Positions 39,142 to 48,686 of a DNA stretch of 64,000 nucleotides are shown here, in pieces. Positions within the stretch are counted from its first letter, which is position 1, and each line of letters starts with the position of its first letter. The position numbers and the translations under genes are program-made. The notes under the pieces were generated by a model that saw nothing but the letters and a program-made list of their open reading frames with translations, had not been told where the DNA came from and searched no databases. Origin of the DNA: Planctomycetota bacterium (GTDB lineage: Bacteria; Planctomycetota; SZUA-567; H5-PLA8); the NCBI GenBank assembly GCA_038227875.1, contig JBBRPR010000033.1:1-64000 (forward strand). Direction: 5' to 3'.

Positions 39142-40617
39142 ATGAACTCCACACCGCACTACGATCTCGGCACACCCTGTTGGCGCGAGATCTGGGTGGA
39201 TCCTGTTTCGGGCGATGATTCCGCCGACGGCACGGTCCGCGATTGCGCGCTGCGCACGATTCAGGCCGCGTGGAATCGCGTGCCCGAACGGACCGCACCT
39301 GGTGACGAGGGCTTTCGCATCCAGTTGTGTCCAGGCGCGTACGCGGTCGATGCGGATGGACATCTCAATTTGAACGGCCGCTACGCCTGCGCGGCTGCGC
39401 CGATTTTGTTTCAGCCGGCAGACGGCGCGCAGTCGGTGAAACTGCCGCCGATCGACATGGATCATTGCAGCTATGTTTATCTGCAGGATCTGACCTTCTT
39501 ATCGCCGACGCTGCCGATTCAAAGCAGCTACGACAACGTGATCCACTTCGCCGATTGTGATCATATTCTTTTGCGGCGCGTGGTTGGGGTGGGCGAGGAC
39601 GCGCCGGCGTTGCCGCGGATCGTGCTGAAGGCCAATCAGTGCACGCATCTGTACATTGAAGACTGCGAATTTTCCGGCGCGACGGCGTACGTGTTTGCGT
39701 ACGTCGCTGTGTTTTACGGCCATATTGTGCGAAGCCGCTTCCGCCGCTCGAACTTCGCGGGGTTGTGCGTGAAAGGCGGTTCAGCCTATCACCTCATTGC
39801 CGCGAATGAGGTCGATGATTGCCGTATCGTCGGCATTGAAGCGGGCGAAGGCACCGGTTTTCCGTACCTGGTGCCGCCGTGGCTTCACTACGAAGCGTAC
39901 GAGATCAAGATGGTCAACAATGTCGTGCGCGACTGCGGCAGCGGATGCTGCGTGGGCGGCGGCTACAACATCGTGATTGCGTTCAACACCTGTGTGCGCG
40001 TCGGTTCAAACCGCGACGCGATGCTGGTGACGCTGGGCGCGCATGTCTGGGTCAAAGAAGCTGCGGAGGTCTGTGAGCGCTACTACAAACTGGGCGGCTG
40101 GTGTCCGCCAGACGGTGAAACGTTCATTCCCAACCGCAACATTCAGATCTGCAACAACGTGGTCTTCAATCCCGACGGCTTCGAATCGAAATTCGCGCAT
40201 TTTGGGATTTCCGGTCCCATGCCCTCGAAGCCGCTGAGCAATGTGCCCGATCCCATCGGCGTGACGGAGATTCGGATCGAGGGCAATGTGATCTGGAATG
40301 GCGGACCGGATAAGCCGGTCCTTGATGATGTGGAGAACGAGTGGGGCCTGGCCGCCAAATCGATTCTTAAGGTGGAAGATCTGCGCCCGGTCAATCACTT
40401 CAACACGCTGCGACCGGAATTTCGCGGGGCGGAGCAGGGCGATTTTCGTCCGCTGCCAGGCGGCAAGCTCAGCGCGGTCAAGCCGGTGAGCCTGCTGCCG
40501 TTCTCCAGTGACGATCCGCGCCGGCCACCCGTTCCAGCCGGCGATCCCGATAATTCTGTTCCGACGGACAAAGAAGGCAAAGACCGGAGCGCCGGAACAA
40601 TCGGCGCGTTCGCGTAG
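39142..40617 (+). CDS. right-handed parallel beta-helix (pectin lyase-like fold) protein
   Basis: 'WVDPVSGDDSADGT...LRTIQAAW' N-cap; repeats such as 'IEDCEF', 'LIAANEV', 'MVNNVV', 'IAFNTC', 'ICNNVV'. Confidence 0.8.
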   Translation: MNSTPHYDLGTPCWREIWVDPVSGDDSADGTVRDCALRTIQAAWNRVPERTAPGDEGFRIQLCPGAYAVDADGHLNLNGRYACAAAPILFQPADGAQSVKLPPIDMDHCSYVYLQDLTFLSPTLPIQSSYDNVIHFADCDHILLRRVVGVGEDAPALPRIVLKANQCTHLYIEDCEFSGATAYVFAYVAVFYGHIVRSRFRRSNFAGLCVKGGSAYHLIAANEVDDCRIVGIEAGEGTGFPYLVPPWLHYEAYEIKMVNNVVRDCGSGCCVGGGYNIVIAFNTCVRVGSNRDAMLVTLGAHVWVKEAAEVCERYYKLGGWCPPDGETFIPNRNIQICNNVVFNPDGFESKFAHFGISGPMPSKPLSNVPDPIGVTEIRIEGNVIWNGGPDKPVLDDVENEWGLAAKSILKVEDLRPVNHFNTLRPEFRGAEQGDFRPLPGGKLSAVKPVSLLPFSSDDPRRPPVPAGDPDNSVPTDKEGKDRSAGTIGAFA

Positions 40618-40627
40618 CGACCGATTT

Positions 40628-43393
40628 TTATTGCTGCGTCTTCTGCGCGAGAAGTTTCTGCGCGGCCGCGCGCCATTCGCGGGTGCGCGCGATGGCCTGT
40701 TTCATGTCAACGATGCCGCCGATTTCGTAGGCTTCATTGATCAGGTTTGTGGCCGCGCGGCCTTGCTCGGCCGGCGCGGTGGCGACGAACTGGTCCAGCG
40801 CGCGTGCGTAGCGGAAATCGTCGATGCCTTCGCGGATGCGCTCCCAGCGCGCGGTGGTGACAAACGTGCCATCGCGGCGCGGCGGGGCCATCATGCGATC
40901 GTCTTCGCGGCCGTCGAGATCGTAGTAGATGTCGATGTGATTGCCCGTGTACGCGTAGGTGATGCAGCCGTCGGTCGCGCGTTCGTGCATCGCGCGCCAT
41001 TCGCGCAGACCGTACGCGGCGCGGTTCTCGCCGACGTTGCAATTCAACAGGAACTTGCCGGCGGCTTTCGCTTTCTTGAAGTCGTCGACTTTGCAGAACG
41101 CTTTGAAATCCTGAACGTCGAGCGTCTTGAGCAGCTCATAACTTTCGGGCGATTCGACGTGGTAGGCGATGCCCATCCACGCATCGGGCGCGGCGGCGTG
41201 GACGGCCTTGTTGATGGCGGTGAGCTTGTTGAGCGTCTCGGGAACATTGGGTTCGTCGCCGTAGCAGAAGAAGGGTTTGGGCCAGCCGTGGGCCTGGTAG
41301 GCGCGGGTCAGTTCGGCGTGCCAGCCTTCGATGAATTTCTCGCGCGGCAGGCCGTTAACAGGTGCACCGGAAGCGAGTTGATCGAGCGTGCAGCCGCTGG
41401 GCGCGTAGACCGGTCCCATTTCGAAGCCGAGTTTCTTGCGCAGCGCGATCTCCGCATCGATGGCGTCGGCATTCTTGATCACTGCTTTGCCGTCCTTCAG
41501 GCTCGCATCGACGCTCAGTTCGCGGATGAAATTGATACCGTGTGCGCGCAGATCCTTGTACAGCGCTTGAATCTGCCGCGGCCGATCGGCTTTCATCTCC
41601 GGAAAGTACGCGGGCGGCATCAGCTCGATGCCGTAGAGGCTGAACAGGTGGCCGGGTGCTGGCAGCGTGACCGGCAGCACGTTAATCGTGAAGGGGACGG
41701 CGCGCTCGCCGCCTTTTTCGCCTTTGACCGCGATCGTTCCGCTGTACGTTCCGGCGGCAGTGCCGTCGGGCACGGTGACGTTGATCCAGAAGCGACGGGC
41801 CATGCCGTTGTCGACGCGCAAGACGTCGGCCTCGGTGCGATTGAACGGACGCAGCTCGCGCTCCGTCACTGCGTAGAGTCCCGTTTGTGCGCCGTGATAG
41901 CGGGAGAATCGGTAGCGCCCGACCCAAACCGCGACATTTTCGGCGGCGAGTTCCGCACCGGCGGCGCTTTTCAGCGCGGAGACTTTGACGTCGACCTTGC
42001 CCAGCGGCTTGGCCGGTCGCAGGCCGAAGCAGATGGGCGTGGTTTCGCCCGCGCACGCAGTCAGCTCGAGCTTCGCAATCAATTCGGCGTCAACGGGCGT
42101 GTGATCGTACGGGTATTCGATGTACGTGGATTCGGCAGAGTCATCGCTGGAAACGGTGTAGAGCGCAAAGCCATCGCGGGAGGCTTCTGTCGCGGCCGCG
42201 CCGGCGAATTTCGCTTCGGTCGCGGGCTTGGAGACGGGCTTCCAGCGCTGCGACCAATCGAAGCGGCGCAGTTCCTTGACGTAGCTGAGGAACTGCTTGC
42301 CCGCGTCCGCCTGTTCGACGGGGTAGATCACCACGGCCGAAAGTGTGTTGCCGTACGTGTCCTGCGATTTGAAGGCGAGATTGAGCTGGCCGTCGGCGAC
42401 ATCGACATCGAACGTGTGCCAAGGGAATCGCGGCTCGACGTACTTATCGAACGGATCTTCGCCGGGTGCGTCCTCGGCGTCCTGGTTCAAAAAGTAGCGG
42501 CGGGTGAATTCAGCGCCGTCCATCTTCTCACTGATCACGTCCTTGCCTTCCGCGAGCACATGGCGTTCGTGGTAGTTCTGCATGAATTCCCAGTAGCCGG
42601 GGTCTTCGAGCTGCAGATGGACGCGGTACTTTCCATTGGGCAGATCGACGGCCAGTTCCGCGTCGCAGGCGGAAATGTACGAGCGGAAGAGATTGTCGGG
42701 ATGGAGGCGATCGTCCATGCGGCCGAACTGCGACTTGAGCCAACCGAAGCCCTTGTCCTTCGCGTACTGATCTTTATCTGACACTTTGGTGAAGCCGGGA
42801 AAGCCGGGGCTCTTGGCCGGACCGAATTTGAATGCTTTCAGTCCGGGCACGATGACTTTCGGTACTTGGAATGCTTCGAGCCGGACGTGGTCGAGGAAGG
42901 CCTCGTGGTCGGCGATGATGGTCAGCACGGTGATGTTCTTGGGATTGAGATCGCCGGGGATGTCGTTGCGCAGCACTTCGCCGCGCCAGAGATCGCTGAC
43001 GGGAATCTGAATCGTGTTGGCTCCCGGAGCGAGCGCGATGTAGCGGTTGTGCCAGGTCCAGTAGCCCTTATCGAGCGGATCGCGGATCTGGACGGTGACC
43101 TGTGCGTTGTCGGTGCCGGCGTTAAAGCATTCGAATTTCAAAACATCGTACTTCGACCAGTCGGTGGGCATGCCGCTCTGTGGCGTGGCGCGGACCCACT
43201 GGCCGGCCTTGAGCTTCAGCGCTTTCTGGCCATGGGCGGCGTGTTCGGCGACGACCTCCGTCGCCGGACCTTCGGAGCGTTCGAACGGAGCCGCGCCGTC
43301 CTCGAAGTCCGCGATGATCAGCGGCGCTTCCGCGGCGTGGAGTGTGAACGTGGCAAGCAGCAGGGCCAGCAGCGAGAAACGGGGCAGATTCAT
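40628..43393 (-). CDS. secreted glycoside hydrolase-like protein (CBM-like N-terminus; GH123/DUF4091-like C-terminus)
   Basis: Signal peptide; 'IADFE...DWSKYDVLKF' CBM-like; 'FWINVTVPDGTAAGTYSGTI'; 'GDEP'; 'RWERIREGIDD'. Confidence 0.7.
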   Translation of the reverse strand: MNLPRFSLLALLLATFTLHAAEAPLIIADFEDGAAPFERSEGPATEVVAEHAAHGQKALKLKAGQWVRATPQSGMPTDWSKYDVLKFECFNAGTDNAQVTVQIRDPLDKGYWTWHNRYIALAPGANTIQIPVSDLWRGEVLRNDIPGDLNPKNITVLTIIADHEAFLDHVRLEAFQVPKVIVPGLKAFKFGPAKSPGFPGFTKVSDKDQYAKDKGFGWLKSQFGRMDDRLHPDNLFRSYISACDAELAVDLPNGKYRVHLQLEDPGYWEFMQNYHERHVLAEGKDVISEKMDGAEFTRRYFLNQDAEDAPGEDPFDKYVEPRFPWHTFDVDVADGQLNLAFKSQDTYGNTLSAVVIYPVEQADAGKQFLSYVKELRRFDWSQRWKPVSKPATEAKFAGAAATEASRDGFALYTVSSDDSAESTYIEYPYDHTPVDAELIAKLELTACAGETTPICFGLRPAKPLGKVDVKVSALKSAAGAELAAENVAVWVGRYRFSRYHGAQTGLYAVTERELRPFNRTEADVLRVDNGMARRFWINVTVPDGTAAGTYSGTIAVKGEKGGERAVPFTINVLPVTLPAPGHLFSLYGIELMPPAYFPEMKADRPRQIQALYKDLRAHGINFIRELSVDASLKDGKAVIKNADAIDAEIALRKKLGFEMGPVYAPSGCTLDQLASGAPVNGLPREKFIEGWHAELTRAYQAHGWPKPFFCYGDEPNVPETLNKLTAINKAVHAAAPDAWMGIAYHVESPESYELLKTLDVQDFKAFCKVDDFKKAKAAGKFLLNCNVGENRAAYGLREWRAMHERATDGCITYAYTGNHIDIYYDLDGREDDRMMAPPRRDGTFVTTARWERIREGIDDFRYARALDQFVATAPAEQGRAATNLINEAYEIGGIVDMKQAIARTREWRAAAQKLLAQKTQQ

Positions 43394-43411
43394 GTACGGT
43401 CCTCCCTAATT

Positions 43412-44530
43412 TTAGTGTTCGCGCGGCAGATCGGTGCTGGCGCGGGCTACAAATTCAGTCGGAAAGAGCAGTTCAACCGGCGGCGCGTCGGGATGATCGA
43501 GGCGCGCGCGCAAGACGGCGGCGGCCTTGCGGCCGATTTCCTCCACGGGAATGCGGACGGACGTGAGCGCCGGCTGGCTGAAGTAACCCAGGTCGCCGAA
43601 GCCCGCGATGCTGACATCGTGCGGTACCCGCAGGCCCTGATCCTTGACGGCGTTGATTGCGCCGATGGCCGTCTCGTCGGTCGCGCAGAAAATCGCGGTT
43701 GGCGGTTGCGGTTCGCGCAATATGCGCCGCACCGCGGCGTACGCTGCCGAACCATTGCAATCCGCACGCACGATCGATTCTGGTGATGCGGCGATGCCGC
43801 GACTGGCCAACGCGCGCGTAAAACCGGCTTCGCGTTCCAGCGCCGCGGGAGTGGGGCCGAAGCTGAGCATGGTGATGCGGCGATGTCCGAGTTCGAGCAG
43901 ATGCAGTGTGGACTGGAAGGCACCGTCTTCGCTGGAGTGCGTGATGTGGTCGAGCGGCTTTGCGCCAGGCGGCTGCGTGCTGTCGACGAGGACGACCGGC
44001 AACCCCTGGCCGGTGAGCGCGAGCAGAATTTCCGGATCGACGATGCCAAGGATCATCAGCGCATCGAGCTTGGCCTCGCGAACCAGTGATGCGGCGAATT
44101 CGGGGTAGGGCGGGGTGACTCGGCGGTGGACCAGCGAGAGCCGCTGCTCGAAGGTGACGGACTGAAAGCCTTCGAGGATGCGGTAGTAGAAGAAACTCTG
44201 GCGCAGCTCCGTGGCTCCCAACGGCGAGACCACGCCGACCTGCGCGATGCTGGACTGCGCTGGCGTTTTTGCGGTGGGACGCTTTTGAGCGACGAACGTG
44301 CCGCGTCCGCGGACGCGGTAGAGCAGGCCGTCGTCGGTGAGCGTCATGATCGCGCGGCGCACCGTCATGCGGCTGAGCTTGAGGCGCTTGGCGAGCACGC
44401 GTTCGTCGGGAATCTGCGCGTTCTCGGTGATGCGCCCAGCGGCAATTTCGGCGCGCAGCCAGTCTTCGATCTGGCGGTAGAAGGGGAGGTGGCTGGTTTT
44501 GTTGAGCTCTATCATCACACTCAAGTACAC
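43412..44530 (-). CDS. GntR-family HTH + LacI-type ligand-binding regulator
   Basis: 'PFYRQI...IPDERVLA....SRMTVRRA...GRGTFV'; 'LGHRRI', 'VPHDVSIAGFGD'. Confidence 0.92.
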   Translation of the reverse strand: MYLSVMIELNKTSHLPFYRQIEDWLRAEIAAGRITENAQIPDERVLAKRLKLSRMTVRRAIMTLTDDGLLYRVRGRGTFVAQKRPTAKTPAQSSIAQVGVVSPLGATELRQSFFYYRILEGFQSVTFEQRLSLVHRRVTPPYPEFAASLVREAKLDALMILGIVDPEILLALTGQGLPVVLVDSTQPPGAKPLDHITHSSEDGAFQSTLHLLELGHRRITMLSFGPTPAALEREAGFTRALASRGIAASPESIVRADCNGSAAYAAVRRILREPQPPTAIFCATDETAIGAINAVKDQGLRVPHDVSIAGFGDLGYFSQPALTSVRIPVEEIGRKAAAVLRARLDHPDAPPVELLFPTEFVARASTDLPREH

Positions 44531-44535
44531 CGCAG

Positions 44536-44552
44536 GTATAGTCTATGTATAC
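44536..44552. promoter_or_regulatory. possible GntR-type operator
   Basis: GTATAGTCTATGTATAC in AT-rich DNA just upstream of the regulator; resembles GT-N-TA-N-AC GntR/HutC boxes. Confidence 0.35.
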
Positions 44553-44617
44553 TCTAAATTAAAATATCTCACCGGAGTCATAAGTATATTTAATTATTAA
44601 TAGATGTGAATTTAGGA

Positions 44618-45136
44618 TTAGTTGCCGGACGCGTCGAGGCCGAAGATCTTAGCCCACTCTTCGACTTCGCGGGCGGAGAGGCCGTTGTACTTGCGCGGGT
44701 CTTCTCCCTTTAAGGGGTCTTCGGCGCGGTGGGCGCTGGCGCGGAGCTTCCGCAAGAACGATGCGCAACTGAGCGTGTGGCCGCCGGCTTTCTGGACGTG
44801 GCGGATGATGAACTTGTCGTTGCTGACGACCGTGAATTCGCCGGGGCGCGACGCATCTTCGACCATCTCGATGATGTAATTGTCCGCGTCGGTGCGCGGG
44901 TCGGCGTAGATCAGCACGACTTTGCCGGCGGCTTCGCGCTGGCGGCGGGGGCGGTGCGCGCCCTTTTCGGAGCCATCGAAGACGGCGGTGACTTCTTCCA
45001 GATCTTCGTTGTGCGCGAACGTGGAGAGCATGCGGACGAGCATAGATCGGGCCGATTGAAATCCATGCCGCTCCAGAGTTTCTTCCAGAGGGTTGTGCAT
45101 GAAGATCAGGTTGCAGGCATCGACCACGTATTTCAT
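44618..45136 (-). CDS. NYN domain (YacP/Rae1-like) ribonuclease
   Basis: 'YVVDACNLI', 'AVFDG', 'ADNYI', 'VVSND' acidic PIN-like motifs. Confidence 0.85.
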   Translation of the reverse strand: MKYVVDACNLIFMHNPLEETLERHGFQSARSMLVRMLSTFAHNEDLEEVTAVFDGSEKGAHRPRRQREAAGKVVLIYADPRTDADNYIIEMVEDASRPGEFTVVSNDKFIIRHVQKAGGHTLSCASFLRKLRASAHRAEDPLKGEDPRKYNGLSAREVEEWAKIFGLDASGN

Positions 45137-45237
45137 GGCCGCAGTTTAGCGGCGGGAAGGCGTATTGCTGGCGAAAAATGTTCACTTCTGTAGAGTACAC
45201 TCTTTGCAACCACTCCAAACGCGAGGCACATTTTTCA

Positions 45238-45963
45238 ATGGCGCAGCTCGGTGTAAATATTGACCACGTGGCGACGGTGCGGCAGGCGCGGCGGACGTAC
45301 GAACCGGATCCTGTGTGGGCGGCGGCGGAAGCGGAACTCGGCGGCGCGGACCAGATCACCGTTCATCTGCGTGAAGACCGCCGGCATATTCAGGAACGCG
45401 ATGTCGAAGTGCTGCTGAAGACCGTGCAGACTCGCGTGAATCTGGAGATGGCCGTGGCGTCGGATGTGACGCGGCTGGCGCTGAAGTGGAAGCCGCACTG
45501 CGCGTGCCTGGTTCCCGAGAAGCGGGAGGAAGTGACGACCGAAGGCGGGCTCGACGTCGCCGGGTCGCTCAAGCGTGTAAAAGAAACCGTGAAGCGCCTA
45601 TCTGGCGCGGGGATCATCGTCAGCTTATTTATCGACCCGGATCGGCTGCAGATCGAAGCGGCCGCGAAAACCGGCGCGCCATTCATCGAGATGCACACGG
45701 GTTCCTACGCCGAAGCGCGCGGCGACGATGCGATTCAGTCGGAGCTGTGCAAGCTGGTCGACGGTGCGCGCGTGGCGCACAATCTGGGCATTCGCGTCAA
45801 CGCGGGCCATGGTTTGAACTATCGCAACACGAAGGCTGTCGCGGAAATTTCGGGCATGGAAGAATTGAACATCGGCCACGCGATTGTGGCGCGGTCGATT
45901 TTTGTCGGTTTCCGCGAGGCCGTCCGGGAAATGAAGCGGATTGTGACGTCGGGCGCATCTTAA
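45238..45963 (+). CDS. pdxJ: pyridoxine 5'-phosphate synthase
   Basis: '[15 protein letters not shown]', '[12 protein letters not shown]', 'TTEGGLDV', 'NAGHGL', 'ELNIGHAI'. Confidence 0.98.
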   Translation: MAQLGVNIDHVATVRQARRTYEPDPVWAAAEAELGGADQITVHLREDRRHIQERDVEVLLKTVQTRVNLEMAVASDVTRLALKWKPHCACLVPEKREEVTTEGGLDVAGSLKRVKETVKRLSGAGIIVSLFIDPDRLQIEAAAKTGAPFIEMHTGSYAEARGDDAIQSELCKLVDGARVAHNLGIRVNAGHGLNYRNTKAVAEISGMEELNIGHAIVARSIFVGFREAVREMKRIVTSGAS

Positions 45964-45979
45964 AATTCTGGAAACGAAC

Positions 45980-46972
45980 ATGGCCACGATTGAAGCCCAG
46001 ACCAAACAGTTCTCCGAGAGTCTCGCGACGCTTCGCGCGGAGATCGGGAAGGTCATCGTCGGACAGGAGGCGATTCTAGAAGGCGTGGTGACGGCGATTC
46101 TCGCCGGGGGCCACGTGTTGCTGGAAGGACTTCCCGGCCTCGGCAAGACGCAGTTAGTCAAGACGCTGGCCGATGCGATGGATCTCTCGTTCTCGCGCAT
46201 CCAGTGCACGCCGGATTTAATGCCGGCCGACATTCTCGGCACGACGATTCTCAGTGAAGACGAGAACGGGAAGCGCCGCTTTGAATTCCAGCACGGACCG
46301 ATTTTCGGCAACATCGTGCTGGTGGACGAAATCAATCGCGCGACACCCAAGACGCAGTCGGCGCTGCTCCAGGCGATGCAGGAAGCGGCGGTGACGTCCG
46401 GGTCGACGACGTATCCGCTGCAACAACCGTTTTTTCTGCTCGCGACGCAGAATCCGATCGAGCTGGAAGGCACCTACCCGCTGCCGGAAGCGCAGTTGGA
46501 TCGCTTCATGTTGAAGCTGCTGGTGCCGCAGAACAATCTCGAAGCGCTGGTCAAAATTCTCGAACGGACCACGGCGGGCGCGCCCACGCGCGCGGCGAAG
46601 GTGCTTTCGCGCGAGGACCTGCTCACGGCGCGGACGCTGGCGTCGAGCGTTCCGGCGGCGACGGCGGTGCTTAATTACGCGGCCCGCGTGGTACTGGCAA
46701 CGCATCCGGATCTGGCCGGCGCGCCGCGGAGCGTGAAGTCGTACGTGAAGTACGGCTCGTCCCCGCGCGGAGCTCAGGCGATCGTGCTCTGCGCGAAAGT
46801 GCGCGCGCTTTCCAGCGGCCGCTTCAATGTGGCGATGAGCGATATTACGTGGGCGGCGCGGCCGGCGCTGCGCCACCGCCTGATTTTGAATTTCGAAGGC
46901 GAAGCGGCGGGCATTCGCAGCGACGCGATCATTGACGAGATCCTGTCGTCGGTGAAAGAAGAGGGCCCGTGA
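45980..46972 (+). CDS. MoxR-family AAA+ ATPase
   Basis: 'GHVLLEGLPGLGKT', 'RIQCTPDLMPAD', 'DEINRA.PKTQSALL', 'ATQNPIE.EGTYPLPEAQLDRF'. Confidence 0.96.
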   Translation: MATIEAQTKQFSESLATLRAEIGKVIVGQEAILEGVVTAILAGGHVLLEGLPGLGKTQLVKTLADAMDLSFSRIQCTPDLMPADILGTTILSEDENGKRRFEFQHGPIFGNIVLVDEINRATPKTQSALLQAMQEAAVTSGSTTYPLQQPFFLLATQNPIELEGTYPLPEAQLDRFMLKLLVPQNNLEALVKILERTTAGAPTRAAKVLSREDLLTARTLASSVPAATAVLNYAARVVLATHPDLAGAPRSVKSYVKYGSSPRGAQAIVLCAKVRALSSGRFNVAMSDITWAARPALRHRLILNFEGEAAGIRSDAIIDEILSSVKEEGP

Positions 46973-47544
46973 GTTCCGCTCCGAAGAAGAAGACGGCGCG
47001 CACGATCAAGCCGTTGATCGGGCGCACGCGCATCCAGAGCCGGCTGCGCCAGATGGCGCGCGAGATCTGCCGCGTGGTCAAACCCAAAGAGCGGCCGCTG
47101 GCGGTGATCGTGCTGCAGGGCGCGTTTATTTTCGGCGCGGATCTCGTGCGCTTGTTTCCGGAAGAGTACCCGCTCGACGTCGCCTTCCTGCGTTGCCAGT
47201 CGTACGGCGGCCGGACGTTTTCCAGCGGACATGTGCTCTTGATGCAGGACATCGAGCCGAGCATCGATCTGCGCGGCCGGACGGTGCTGCTGATCGACGA
47301 TATTCTCGATTCCGGATTGACGACGCGGTTTCTGATCAATCATCTGAAACAACGCGGCGCGGCGCGCGTGCGGCTGTGCGTGTTGCTGCATCGCAAGGCC
47401 GGCGAACGCGGCGCGAAAGACGATCGGCCGGCGCCGGACTTCGCGGGGTTTCCGGTGGGACCGCACTTCATTGTCGGTTATGGGTTAGATTTTGATGGGA
47501 AGTACAGGCATTTGCCGGATTTGGTCGCGCTGACGGATAGTTGA
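46969..47544 (+). CDS. hpt: hypoxanthine phosphoribosyltransferase
   Basis: 'VLLIDDILDSGLT' PRPP motif, 'FIVGYGLD...YRHLP'; 4-nt overlap with moxR. Confidence 0.9.
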   Translation: MSSAPKKKTARTIKPLIGRTRIQSRLRQMAREICRVVKPKERPLAVIVLQGAFIFGADLVRLFPEEYPLDVAFLRCQSYGGRTFSSGHVLLMQDIEPSIDLRGRTVLLIDDILDSGLTTRFLINHLKQRGAARVRLCVLLHRKAGERGAKDDRPAPDFAGFPVGPHFIVGYGLDFDGKYRHLPDLVALTDS

Positions 47545-47584
47545 ATATTCAAAATTAGAGATTCAAAAACGTACGCGGTGGATA

Positions 47585-47828
47585 TGGTGCCACGGATGCG
47601 CGGACACTTGAGCGTAGCGAAAGTGTTCGTTCATCCGTGCGTTGCGCTCGTCTTTTTGAAGAGTACGGTTAGCTGGAATCTCAATTCCGACCGCTTGCGC
47701 GAAATTCGTGAGCGTCAAAGCAAGGAGCAAGCATACGGCCGCTTGCTCCTTGACACCTAAACACGCGCGTAACGCACGGATGAATAAGTTTCTTCGCTGC
47801 GCTTAGAAACTTATGCATCCGTGGCACC
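47585..47828. repeat. REP doublet (REPIN-like), family B, longer spacer
   Basis: The same two units as 38302-38444 in the opposite orientation; between convergent hpt and ppk2. Confidence 0.85.
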
Positions 47829-47831
47829 CGA

Positions 47832-48638
47832 TTACTTCAGGTCTTTCAGTACGTCTGAATCGAACTTCGCTTTCGGCATTTTCAGATCGAGTTTTTCAAG
47901 CGTCTGGACCAGGGCGTTGGCGACGACGTAGTTGCGGTACCACTTCTTGTTGGCGGGGACGACGTACCAGGGCGCCCAGGGCGTGCTGCATTTCTGGATC
48001 GCGTCTTCGTAGGCTTCCTGGTAGTCGCTCCAGAATTTGCGCTCCTTCAAATCCGCGTCGGTGAATTTCCAACGCTTCTCCGGATCTTCGATGCGGAATT
48101 TAATGCGCTCGAGCTGCTCGTCCTTGCTGATGTTCAGAAAGAATTTGACGATGACGGTGCCTTCGTTGGCGAGGCGCTCTTCGAAATTGTTAATGGCCTC
48201 GTAGCGTTTCTTCCAGACGGACTTTTCCACCAGATCGTGGACGCGGACGACGAGCACGTCCTCATAATGGGAGCGATTGAAGATGCCGACGGTGCCGCGT
48301 TCGGGGAGGGCCTTGCTGATGCGCCAGAGAAAATCGTGGCTCAGGTCTTCCTCGTTGGGCTTTTTGAAGCTGGTGACGCGGCAGCCCTGCGGATTGACGC
48401 CGGAGAAGACGTGCTTGATTGTGCCGTCCTTGCCGCCGGTGTCCATGGCCTGCAGGACGACGAGCATGGAGAAGCGTTTGTCGACGTAGAGCTTCTCGTG
48501 GAGCAGGCGAAGCTTCTCGATGTCGGACTTGAGCTTTGCTTCAGCCTCTTCCCGCGACGTGAATTTTCCCGTGTCGCCGGGATCGGTCTGGGAAAGTTTA
48601 AACTTCGATCCGTCTTCGATGCGATGGCGTTGGCTCAT
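47832..48638 (-). CDS. ppk2: polyphosphate kinase 2 family (polyP:nucleotide phosphotransferase)
   Basis: 'LQAMDTGGKDGTI', 'HDFLWR', 'IFNRSHYEDVLVVRV', 'KRWKF'. Confidence 0.95.
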   Translation of the reverse strand: MSQRHRIEDGSKFKLSQTDPGDTGKFTSREEAEAKLKSDIEKLRLLHEKLYVDKRFSMLVVLQAMDTGGKDGTIKHVFSGVNPQGCRVTSFKKPNEEDLSHDFLWRISKALPERGTVGIFNRSHYEDVLVVRVHDLVEKSVWKKRYEAINNFEERLANEGTVIVKFFLNISKDEQLERIKFRIEDPEKRWKFTDADLKERKFWSDYQEAYEDAIQKCSTPWAPWYVVPANKKWYRNYVVANALVQTLEKLDLKMPKAKFDSDVLKDLK

Positions 48639-48686
48639 ACGGGAATTATACCTCGTCCCGCGCGCGTGCCTACGCGGAAATTCTGG

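Noticed and set aside
38302..47828. Palindromic repeats as a CRISPR array
   Set aside because: They are inverted doublets, not direct repeats with regular unique spacers; no cas genes.
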